Positions 20,347 to 28,391 of a stretch of DNA of 64,000 bases are shown one piece after another. The stretch is from positions 64,001 through 128,000 of the forward strand of contig CAWGMQ010000010.1 in assembly GCA_963823665.1 (NCBI GenBank), read 5' to 3'. Origin of the DNA: an uncultured Planctomycetota bacterium. GTDB taxonomy: Bacteria > Planctomycetota > Planctomycetia > Isosphaerales > Isosphaeraceae. Under the pieces are notes generated by a model, which did no database searches, was not told where the DNA came from, and saw nothing but the letters and a program-made list of their open reading frames with translations. The position numbers and the translations under genes are program-made. Positions within the stretch are counted from its first letter, which is position 1; each line of letters starts with the position of its first letter.

Positions 20347-23145
20347 TCAATCGAGGTAGCGGAACTCGGCGCACGAGTAAAGGGCCTGGCAGAAGGCCGT
20401 CCAGGCCGCTCCCGGGCGGTTGCCGGCGTCTTTCGGGGTGGGGAAATGCGCCAGGAATTCACGGGCGCGGCTCGCCTCGGCCGCGGTCGGGTTACGTGCG
20501 AGAAACCGCACGTAGGCAGCTTTGATGCGGTCGTCGTCGTTGTCGGCGGCTGATCGCACCAGTCCAGCGGCAGCCTGAGCCTCGCGGACGACGAACGGGT
20601 TATTCATCAGGTAGAGCGCCTGGGTGGGCCCGCTCGTCGACGATCGATCGCCGGTCACCAGGCTGGGATCGGCAAAATCGAAGATCGCAAGCGAGTCGCT
20701 CACCTGATCGCGCACGACCGGCAGATACACCGCTCGATGCAGGTTTTGAGCGTCCTGGTTGAACCGGCGGTTCGGCCCGGCAACTCCTTCTCCGGCCTGG
20801 GCAACGGCCGATCCCACCGGCGGCTCGATGATCAGCCGCCCACTCGCGCAGAGCATCGCATCGCGGATCGCTTCGGCCTCCAGACGCTTCTTGCTCATCC
20901 GCCAGACCAGCGTGTTATCCGGGTCGGCTTCGAAGTTCTTCTCTTCGTGGCTCGAGGCAAGCTGATATGCACGGCTGAGGACAATCTCGCGGATCAGCTT
21001 CTTGACCGACCAGCCTCCGTCCATGAACTTGACCGCAAGGGAATCGAGCAGCTCCGGGTGGTCCGGCGGCTGACCCGAGGCCCCGAAGTTGTCGGGCGTG
21101 GCGACCAGTCCTCGCCCGAAGAGATGCAGCCACACGCGGTTCACCATCACCCGGGCGGCGAGCGGGTTCTCGCGCGAGGCGATCCAGCTCGCCAGCTCCA
21201 GGCGGCCGCTCCCACCGCTGCGAGTCGACGGCTTCTTGAGCCCGGCCAGTTGAATCAGCCCGCGAGGAACAACTTCGCTCGGAGACTCAAGCTCGCCGCG
21301 AGTGTACAGCGGGCTGTCGATCGGCTCGAACCGCTCGCGCACGCCCATCGCATAGGTGCGCGGAGTGCCGTCCGGCTTGAATGAAGCCAGCCGGAACCGC
21401 AGCATCGCCAGTTGGGTGCGCGTCCGAATTCCCTTCATCGTGAAGTTGCCTTCCATCGTCAGCTCGTCGCGATCCTTGATCAACTGCGCCAGTTGCTCCT
21501 CGAGCGCCCTGCGCCGCGCCGGCGGAAGCTTGGGCATGGCGGCTCGCTCACCCGTCTCTCCCGGCAGCTCGATCAAGGGCGACGGGTTGATGTTCTGCAC
21601 CACACCCGGCAGCGTTCCGTAGCAGGTCTGCGTGCTCTGGAAAATGCCTGAGAGCGCGTAATAATCGCGCTGGCTGATCGGGTCGAACTTGTGGTCGTGG
21701 CAGCGGGCGCAGGCAACGGTCAACCCGAGAAAAGCCTGCGAGGTCACGTCGATCTGCTCGTCGGCCAAGTCGAGCACGAATTGCTGCCGGTTCTGCGTAT
21801 TGTGCGTCTTGCTCCCGATCGCCAGGAACCCGGTCGCAATCGCCTGCTCGGCGCGCTGGCGGTCGTCGCCCGCCTGAAGCAGGTCGCCGGCAAGCTGCTC
21901 CCGGATGAACGCGTCAAAAGGCTTGTCATTGTTGAACGCGGCGATCACCCAGTCGCGGTAGCGCCAGGCATTCGGATACATCATGTTCGCCTTGCCGCTC
22001 GATTCGGCAAACCGCGCCACATCGAGCCAATGCCGTCCCCAGCGCTCGCCGAACCGCGGTGATGCCAGCAGCCGCTCGACAACCTTTTTGAATGCGTCGT
22101 CGGTGCTGTCCGCGATGAATGCCGACCCCTCCTCGGGCGTCGGTGGCAGCCCGGTCAAGTCGAAGCTGAGCCGACGGATCAAGGTGGAGCGCTCCGCATC
22201 GCCGACCGGCTTGAGCCCCTTGGCCTCCAGTCCCGCGAGCAAGTATCGGTCGATATCCGATCTCGGCCAGGCCGCGTCATTGACCGAAGGCGGTTTCACC
22301 AGTTTCGGCGGTTGAAACGACCAGAACTGCCGGGCCTTCTCCGGATTCACCGACACCTTGGTCGCGGCCTTCGCCGGCGACGTTCCTCGCGGATCCGGTG
22401 CCCCCATCTTGACCCACTCCTCAAAGTCGGCCACAACGGCCTCCGGTAGCTTGCCGTTCGGCGGCATTTGCAGCGACTCATCCGTGTAGCGGATCGCGGT
22501 GATCAACAGGCTCTCGTCCAGGTTCCCGGGCACGATCGCCGCTCCCGTGTCACCCCCCTTGCGCAAGCTCTCGCGACTATCCACCAGCAGCCCGCCCTTG
22601 AGCTTCTCGGCCGTGCTCGAATGACACTTCGCACACTTGTTCATGAGCACGGGCCGGATTTTCGTCTCGAAGAATTTCGCCTGCTCGGATGTGACCGGCC
22701 GCTCAATCGCGGCAGCCGGCGCGGGCTTCGCCTTCGCGCCGCCCGCGCCGCGTGCTGCCGCCTTTTTCTTCGCCATTGCCCCTTTCATGAACGGCCCGCC
22801 AGCCTTCTTTGCGAATGCCCCGGCGCCGCGAAGCTCGTTGATCCTCGCGAATTCCTTGACGGTCACTGAGCCGTCCCCATCGGTGTCCAGCCGTCGGAAA
22901 AGCGGCGCCAGCAGGGCAGGGGGCACCGCTTTCTTCGCCGCGTTCTTCTGCCGCGGGCCGTTCAATACCAGCTCGCGGAACTCCTCGAGCGAGAGCTTTC
23001 CATCGAGGTTCGAATCACCAAAAGAAACCGCGCGCTCCGGGTCTTGCCGCACGGGTTGCTGACCGCGGGCCACCACCAGCGCGAAAACGAGCACGCTCCC
23101 CGCCGAGACACCGGTCAAGAGAAGCTGCGATCGACGTGTGGTCAT
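20347..23145 (-). CDS. EF-hand + planctomycete cytochrome c + DUF1549/DUF1553 (PSCyt/PSD1) protein
   Basis: Signal peptide from ATG 23145; EF-hands DSNLDGKLSLEEF and DTDGDGSVTVKEF; CAKCH and CARCHDHKFDP; FGERWGRHWLDVARF; ARVMVNRVWLHLFGRGLV. Confidence 0.95.
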   Translation of the reverse strand: MTTRRSQLLLTGVSAGSVLVFALVVARGQQPVRQDPERAVSFGDSNLDGKLSLEEFRELVLNGPRQKNAAKKAVPPALLAPLFRRLDTDGDGSVTVKEFARINELRGAGAFAKKAGGPFMKGAMAKKKAAARGAGGAKAKPAPAAAIERPVTSEQAKFFETKIRPVLMNKCAKCHSSTAEKLKGGLLVDSRESLRKGGDTGAAIVPGNLDESLLITAIRYTDESLQMPPNGKLPEAVVADFEEWVKMGAPDPRGTSPAKAATKVSVNPEKARQFWSFQPPKLVKPPSVNDAAWPRSDIDRYLLAGLEAKGLKPVGDAERSTLIRRLSFDLTGLPPTPEEGSAFIADSTDDAFKKVVERLLASPRFGERWGRHWLDVARFAESSGKANMMYPNAWRYRDWVIAAFNNDKPFDAFIREQLAGDLLQAGDDRQRAEQAIATGFLAIGSKTHNTQNRQQFVLDLADEQIDVTSQAFLGLTVACARCHDHKFDPISQRDYYALSGIFQSTQTCYGTLPGVVQNINPSPLIELPGETGERAAMPKLPPARRRALEEQLAQLIKDRDELTMEGNFTMKGIRTRTQLAMLRFRLASFKPDGTPRTYAMGVRERFEPIDSPLYTRGELESPSEVVPRGLIQLAGLKKPSTRSGGSGRLELASWIASRENPLAARVMVNRVWLHLFGRGLVATPDNFGASGQPPDHPELLDSLAVKFMDGGWSVKKLIREIVLSRAYQLASSHEEKNFEADPDNTLVWRMSKKRLEAEAIRDAMLCASGRLIIEPPVGSAVAQAGEGVAGPNRRFNQDAQNLHRAVYLPVVRDQVSDSLAIFDFADPSLVTGDRSSTSGPTQALYLMNNPFVVREAQAAAGLVRSAADNDDDRIKAAYVRFLARNPTAAEASRAREFLAHFPTPKDAGNRPGAAWTAFCQALYSCAEFRYLD

Positions 23146-23176
23146 GCCATCGCCCTTTCGTGAGAACGTGTCCAGA

Positions 23177-24172
23177 TCACTTCTCATGCTCAAGCATGGG
23201 GAACCGGCGGCCGGAGCGAGGCGCGAACCAGCGGTTGAGCAAATCCCTCCTCCGCTCCGGATGATTCTCTCGGGTAAAGATCTCGTAGGGCTCAACCAGG
23301 TGTCCCTCGAGCTGGTAGTCGGCGGGATCAAGCGCATCGGTCTCGGCCAGCGTATAGGTAACGGTCGCGAACGGCTCGCCGTTCGAGACCCTGCGCACCA
23401 CCATCCTGCGCACGACCTTCGTCTGTGCGTCGATCTCCAGCTCAGCGGACGACACTGTGGGGTATTGCGCAACCGCCGGCCGCGCCTTGGCCGTGGCCCG
23501 CACCACAATGGTCGAGGAGTCGGCGTCGCCAGGCTTCGTTTCCCGCGTCAGCTCGAAGCGGGCCAGCACTTCTCCCAGCCACTTCTCAAAGTTCAGCGAG
23601 TGGAGATCACAGTGAACGCTCAGCCAGAACGGAACCTCCCCGGCCTCCAGTCGCACTGCCGAGTGAGGCCCGAACGCGATCCAGAAACGGTTTGCCTCGT
23701 CGCGGCCCCAGGCCCAGCGCTGCTCGGGCCGAACAGACTCGACCCAGAACCGATCGCCCCGCGTCCAGAGCCGCGTCTGCCTGACCTGCGTACCGGCCGG
23801 CGAGAGCTCGGCGACCAGTGACGATTCGCGCCTCACCTCGACAAGATAGCACCGGTCAATCGGCAGCCGGTGCGCCCGACGCGCCTCGCGGACGACCGTC
23901 TCACCTTTCGCCAGCGCCGTTCGCTCGTGCATGAGCACGGCAAATCCGATCACGATCGCCGCCGCCGCGGCGACCGCACCCGCCCATTTCCAGGGCGCTC
24001 GGAACAACAGGCGGCGACCGCCCTCTGCCGATCCCTGCGGTGCCGGAGACGATAAGCTCCGCTCAATTCGGCCGAAGAGCACGCGCGGGTCGATCGCCTC
24101 CGCGCCGCGCTCGAGCTCGGCGCGCACCAGACGCTCCACATCCAGATCCGCTTGATGCTCAGGCTGATTCAT
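23177..24172 (-). CDS. Putative anti-sigma factor / membrane protein with extracytoplasmic domain
   Basis: Overlaps the sigma gene end. TM segment WAGAVAAAAAIVIGFAVL followed by a beta-rich domain. Confidence 0.65.
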   Translation of the reverse strand: MNQPEHQADLDVERLVRAELERGAEAIDPRVLFGRIERSLSSPAPQGSAEGGRRLLFRAPWKWAGAVAAAAAIVIGFAVLMHERTALAKGETVVREARRAHRLPIDRCYLVEVRRESSLVAELSPAGTQVRQTRLWTRGDRFWVESVRPEQRWAWGRDEANRFWIAFGPHSAVRLEAGEVPFWLSVHCDLHSLNFEKWLGEVLARFELTRETKPGDADSSTIVVRATAKARPAVAQYPTVSSAELEIDAQTKVVRRMVVRRVSNGEPFATVTYTLAETDALDPADYQLEGHLVEPYEIFTRENHPERRRDLLNRWFAPRSGRRFPMLEHEK

Positions 24173-24716
24173 CGGGCGGATCCTCCAGGAACCTGGCCAG
24201 CCGCTCGGCGAGGATCTTGCGAGCGCGGTGCACCAGCACCCTCGCATTGCCCGGGCTCGTGCCGAGCGCCTCGGCGATCTCCTCCAGCGAGTAACCCAGG
24301 CTTTTCAGCTCCAGCGCACCACGCTGTGCAACCGTCAACTGACCTAGCTCGATTCCCAGCGCCTCTTCCAGCTCGCGGCAAGCAGCCTGCTCGTGCGGGT
24401 CGCCACTCTGTTCGGCGTGCAGAATTGGCGTGCCCGTCATCTCGCCGAGGGCTTCGGCTTCCAGGCTCACCATGCGGCGTTCGCGGTAGTTCTTGTCGAT
24501 ACATGCGTTCGTGATCGCCTTGTAGAGGAGCTTGGTGCCGTCCCGGGGCAGGTCGTAGTTGTCGGCTCGGGCGAGCAATTTGACGTAGCAGTCGTGGATC
24601 ACATCCTCCGCCACGGCCCGGTCGCGAAGCAGCGACGTGGCGTAGGCCAGGGCACGCGGAAGCGTGGCCAGGACCCAGGCATCTCTCATTCCATCAGGGT
24701 CTGGCCGACCAGACAC
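24159..24716 (-). CDS. ECF-type sigma-70 factor
   Basis: AEDVIHDCYVKLL...LLYKAITNACID; region 4 YSLEEIAEALGTSPGNARVLVHRAR. Start placed at GTG 24716 (alternative ATG 24689), downstream of the putative promoter. Confidence 0.85.
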   Translation of the reverse strand: MSGRPDPDGMRDAWVLATLPRALAYATSLLRDRAVAEDVIHDCYVKLLARADNYDLPRDGTKLLYKAITNACIDKNYRERRMVSLEAEALGEMTGTPILHAEQSGDPHEQAACRELEEALGIELGQLTVAQRGALELKSLGYSLEEIAEALGTSPGNARVLVHRARKILAERLARFLEDPPDESA

Positions 24717-24790
24717 GATCACCTCGAGCCGGTCCAAAGCCGTCCACGGGCTTGCCCCGCGCGGTCCAGCTTCGGTCCTTATTAGATTAC

Positions 24791-24816
24791 AACGGGATCG
24801 ACGGTGTTTTGTTACA
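24791..24816 (-). promoter_or_regulatory. Putative ECF sigma promoter TGTAAC-N16-CGTT
   Basis: Minus strand reads tgtaac-aaaacaccgtcgatcc-cgtt about 75 nt upstream of the ECF gene. This matches the general AAC-N16/17-CGT ECF consensus. Confidence 0.55.
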
Positions 24817-24883
24817 ATTCTGTCCCGGCAGACCGCCACCCTTGATGAGCCGCTTGATTACTGAGATCAAATTAACCGAGATG

Positions 24884-26236
24884 TTATTTCACCTTGCCAT
24901 CGATTCTCGCCAGCGCCTCTTTCGCAATAACGGTCGGCCGCGCTTCGGCATGGCCGGTGGCCATTTCTTTGAGGATGGAGATGGCCTCGGGCGTGTGAAT
25001 GTGCTCGAGCAGCACGATTGCGCGCTCCGCCCGCGTCCACTTTCGTTTGACTATTCCCCACGAGTTTCCGTTGATCTCGGAGACCCGATTCTCGGCCCAC
25101 CAGGAACTGCGGTCCGTGAAGAAGTTGAAGAATGCGCCCCGCCGCAGCTTGATCTCTTTTCCATCGAGCCAGGCCGGGTCGCGCTCGCTCAGCACGGCCA
25201 CCATTCGCTGGCGTCCAGGTGATTCGGTCACGCGATCCATCAGCTCCTCGAGCCCGATCGCCAGGCGCGGGTCGAAGTACTCGAGCTCTGCGAAGGCCGA
25301 TTTCCAGAGGTGTTCATCCGCGCTATTTAGCTTCAGCAACAGCGCCTTCACCTGTCCGGAAGTGATCGTGAGCGGTTTCAACTTGTCCTTGAGCAGTGCC
25401 ACCGCCTCGGGCGCGCGGCTGTAAAGCTCGAGCGAGGCCCGCGAGGCTTCGGCGGCGCCTTTCTCCAGGTCGTCCCAGCACGATTCGAGCGGTCTCTTGG
25501 CAGCCTTCAACCTTGCTAACGAATCCTTGGCGAGCTTCGTCGGCACCGCCTCGGGATGCCCTGTCGCCATCGCTTTCAAAATCGACGCGGCCTCGGGAGT
25601 GCCGATCTGTTCAAGAAGGACGATCGCGCGCTGCGCACGAGTCCATTTCCTCTTGAACGTGCTCCAGCGATAGGAGTTGATCTTCGAGACCTTCGGCTCA
25701 GCCCACCAGGAACCGACGCCCTGCGAGAAAAAATTGAAGCCATCGCCGACTGGGCTCAAATCGATCTGCTTGTCCTTGAGCGAGCCCGGTTCCCGTTCGC
25801 TCAAGACTTCGACCATCCGCTGCCGCGCAGGCGACTCCGTCACACGTTCCATCAACTCGGGAAGCTCGATCGCGAGGCGGGGGTCGAAGTACTCGAGCTC
25901 TGCAAAAGCCGGCTTCCAGAGATGCTCATCCGGGCTGTTCAGCTTGAGCAGCAGCGCCTTCACTTGGCCCGAGCTGATCGTGAGCGGCCTCAATTTGTCC
26001 TTGAGAAACGGGACGGCCTCCTGGGCATGATCGCAAAGATCGAGCAGCGCGCGTGAGGCCTCCGCTTCTCCTTTCTCCAGATCGATCCACCAGGAATCCA
26101 TCTGGCTCTGGTTCGCGGCGACGGTTACGCTCTGCGGCCCTGCGGATTTCCCCGACGGGGCGAACGTGAGCGCGACGGCTGCGAGACTGACCAACAGGGC
26201 ACAGTGGCTGCCGCACACTCGCCAGTGAATTGACAT
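24884..26236 (-). CDS. Exported protein made of two tandem ~200-aa helical domains
   Basis: GGAGG RBS before ATG 26236 and a signal peptide. Two copies of W.DLEKG.AEASRA...FAELEYFDPRLAI...KRKWTRA.RAIVLLE.I.TPEA. Confidence 0.8.
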   Translation of the reverse strand: MSIHWRVCGSHCALLVSLAAVALTFAPSGKSAGPQSVTVAANQSQMDSWWIDLEKGEAEASRALLDLCDHAQEAVPFLKDKLRPLTISSGQVKALLLKLNSPDEHLWKPAFAELEYFDPRLAIELPELMERVTESPARQRMVEVLSEREPGSLKDKQIDLSPVGDGFNFFSQGVGSWWAEPKVSKINSYRWSTFKRKWTRAQRAIVLLEQIGTPEAASILKAMATGHPEAVPTKLAKDSLARLKAAKRPLESCWDDLEKGAAEASRASLELYSRAPEAVALLKDKLKPLTITSGQVKALLLKLNSADEHLWKSAFAELEYFDPRLAIGLEELMDRVTESPGRQRMVAVLSERDPAWLDGKEIKLRRGAFFNFFTDRSSWWAENRVSEINGNSWGIVKRKWTRAERAIVLLEHIHTPEAISILKEMATGHAEARPTVIAKEALARIDGKVK

Positions 26237-26302
26237 GGGTCGCAACCTCCCGAACCAGTATCTTATCATGCAGTTGTTCATCCACGGGAAGAAGGTGACT
26301 TT

Positions 26303-26623
26303 GCGAGGACCGTAGACCTCCAGTGCCAGGACGTAACGCTCGATGAGTTGCTTCATCGCGTCGGAAACGATGGCATTCAGGTCACGAGTCAGGACGGCGA
26401 GGAGTATGTACTTGAGGCAGCGGATGCGTTTGAACGCGAAGCGCGCGAACTTGGGCAGAGCGCGAAGCTCCCGGAGTGTCTTTCCGAGCGCTCGTCGCAG
26501 CCCCGCGGTGTTCCACTCGAGGAGATCGAAGCTCGGCTGTTCACAGTGGATCCGGTAACCGGCAGGCCCGCGCATAACGTCGACCCGTCCGATGGTGCGG
26601 CGTCTCACGTCGAGTCGCATTGA
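26303..26623 (+). pseudogene. Antitoxin-like small gene with a damaged start (GCG), preceded by a toxin 3' remnant
   Basis: (A/M)RTVDLQCQDVTLDELLHRVGNDGIQVTSQDGEEYVLEAADAFEREARELGQS...GVPLEEIEARL. An overlapping upstream frame reads QLFIHGKKVTL. Confidence 0.5.
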
Positions 26624-26639
26624 GCCAATCGCACCGAGC

Positions 26640-27029
26640 ATGCTCCGATCGCTGAAAAAACTCCTGGGACACATTTCGATGCACTCGAACGGGCTTCAAC
26701 CCGAAGCCAGATTCTCGGTGGTTGTCACGGATACGGAGATCATCAACCATCGCCCGGAGGGCAAGATCGAACGTGTCGCCTTTGCGGACTTGCTCGCCGT
26801 GATCATCGAGACCAATGACTCCGGACCGCTCGGCACCGATGTTTGGTGGATTCTGGTCGGCCGCAGCGCCGGCAGCGGCTGCGTATTCCCCGGCGGTGCC
26901 ACCGGCGAGAAGCAGGCGGTCGAGGCACTGCAACGACTCCCGGGATTCGATAACGAAGAATTCATCAAAGCCATGACCTGTGTGGAGAACGCGAGGTTTG
27001 TGCTCTGGAGAGCACCCCAAGCCCATTGA
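26640..27029 (+). CDS. Conserved hypothetical protein
   Basis: Protein-like ORF with IIETNDSGPLGTDVWWIL...PGGATGE...LQRLPGFDNEEFIKAM motif. Confidence 0.7.
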   Translation: MLRSLKKLLGHISMHSNGLQPEARFSVVVTDTEIINHRPEGKIERVAFADLLAVIIETNDSGPLGTDVWWILVGRSAGSGCVFPGGATGEKQAVEALQRLPGFDNEEFIKAMTCVENARFVLWRAPQAH

Positions 27030-27247
27030 TCACAACGCCACGTCCGGCAATCCCAGAAACGCTGAAGGCTAAGCGATCCGGTTCGTGTGGTAACCCGCCA
27101 TTTCTCAAATCTCGGTCCCGTCCCAAGGGAGTTACTCTGAAAACTGACCCTCCACATCTGGCTGGCCTCAAACCGCAGCACGGACGTCCACGAGCATAAC
27201 TCAGGCCAGCGCCATTTTCATGGGGCTGCGTGCCCCTCCCTCCGGCG

Positions 27248-27627
27248 ACGAGCTTCGCCTTCTGCGGATCGACTTCCGCAAGCCGATTGAGCGCCACGTC
27301 CAGGGCCGCGAGATCGAGCTCCGATTCCGATCGCGCTTCCGCTTCCGCTTCTGCTCCCGCTCCCGGGTCGGGCAGCGCGTCGGCGTCGAGGGCGTCCAGG
27401 TCGCTGCGGCGCCAACCACCGCCCTGCTTGGAGCTCAGTTTACGGTGCGCGTTGTCGACCAAAACTCGCCGCATCGCTTCGGCGGTGGCCATGAAGAAAT
27501 GACGGCGATTATTCCAACGAGCATCGTCAGAGTCGCCGACAAGCCGTAAGTACGCCTCGTGCACGAGCGCTGTCGGCTGAAGCGTCTGGCCCGGCCTTTC
27601 CTGGGCGAGCATCGCCGCGGCTAACCT
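27248..27627 (-). pseudogene. Truncated TIGR02999-type ECF sigma factor fragment
   Basis: RLAAAMLAQERPGQTLQPTALVHEAYLRLV...RRHFF.ATAEAMRRVLVD.A.RK...ALDVALNRLAEVDPQKAKLV. The N-terminus and region-4 HTH are missing. Confidence 0.8.
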
Positions 27628-28313
27628 CTTGTTACGCGGCGTCTTCTTGCGGAACCGGCCACGGCCACGACCGCGGCGCATCCGATCGCCAGCAGGATCA
27701 TCGCCGAGGGCTCGGGTATCGAGGCAATGGTGATCGATCCACCCAGAGGCGTAAACGCGACGGGCAACCCGGTGGCGTCCGCCAGCGAGGTATCCGGGCC
27801 GAACGCGAGCGTGCCTGAGGAGCCAGGAGTCGCATTGGCGGCGACCGAATACTGAACGTTCACCAGGCCGAAGGTGTCGCCCGTGTTGATCGTCTGGGCG
27901 CCCGTCGAGAGGAGGAAGTCGAAGGTTTCGAATTGCGTCCCCGGAAACGTACTAAAGGTGAATGTCGATCCCGCAGTCGTTGCCGAAAGCGCGCCGTAGA
28001 TGTAAGGCGTTGCCGTCGCGATCGACACGTTGGTGAAGGAGACGCTGCTCAGACCGGTGAGCGAGAGCTCGACCGTATCGCTCGCCACATTGAAGCTACC
28101 TCCCGTGCTCGTGATCAGCACATCGAACGATCCGGAAGAGCCCGGATTGACGGTGAGGTTCGGAGCTTCGATGACCAGATCGGCCCGACACGAGGCGCCG
28201 AAACCGAGGGCGATCGTCGCCACGATCGCCGGGGCGAGCATGGCTCGAAGATGGACGAGGAACGATCCGCGTCGGAGACGAAACGACCGGCAGATGGGCC
28301 CTGGGTTTTTCAT
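27621..28313 (-). CDS. PEP-CTERM protein with a cohesin-like beta-sandwich domain
   Basis: Signal peptide ending ASCRA/DL, a single ~150-aa beta-rich domain, and C-terminal IPEPSAMILLAIGCAAVVAVAGSARRRR. Confidence 0.85.
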   Translation of the reverse strand: MKNPGPICRSFRLRRGSFLVHLRAMLAPAIVATIALGFGASCRADLVIEAPNLTVNPGSSGSFDVLITSTGGSFNVASDTVELSLTGLSSVSFTNVSIATATPYIYGALSATTAGSTFTFSTFPGTQFETFDFLLSTGAQTINTGDTFGLVNVQYSVAANATPGSSGTLAFGPDTSLADATGLPVAFTPLGGSITIASIPEPSAMILLAIGCAAVVAVAGSARRRRVTRG

Positions 28314-28391
28314 GGGTTTCTTCTCACCTACGAAACAGGGTAAGCTCGGATGGAAATCTATCTGATCACACGCGGCGTGAGCTCGAGATGG

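Noticed and set aside
23146..23508. N-terminal 121 aa of ORF 20347..23508
   Set aside because: It overlaps the upstream gene in another frame; the signal peptide starts at ATG 23145.
26237..26674. N-terminal 145 aa of ORF 24884..26674
   Set aside because: The RBS and signal peptide point to ATG 26236, and the extension overlaps better-supported plus-strand ORFs.
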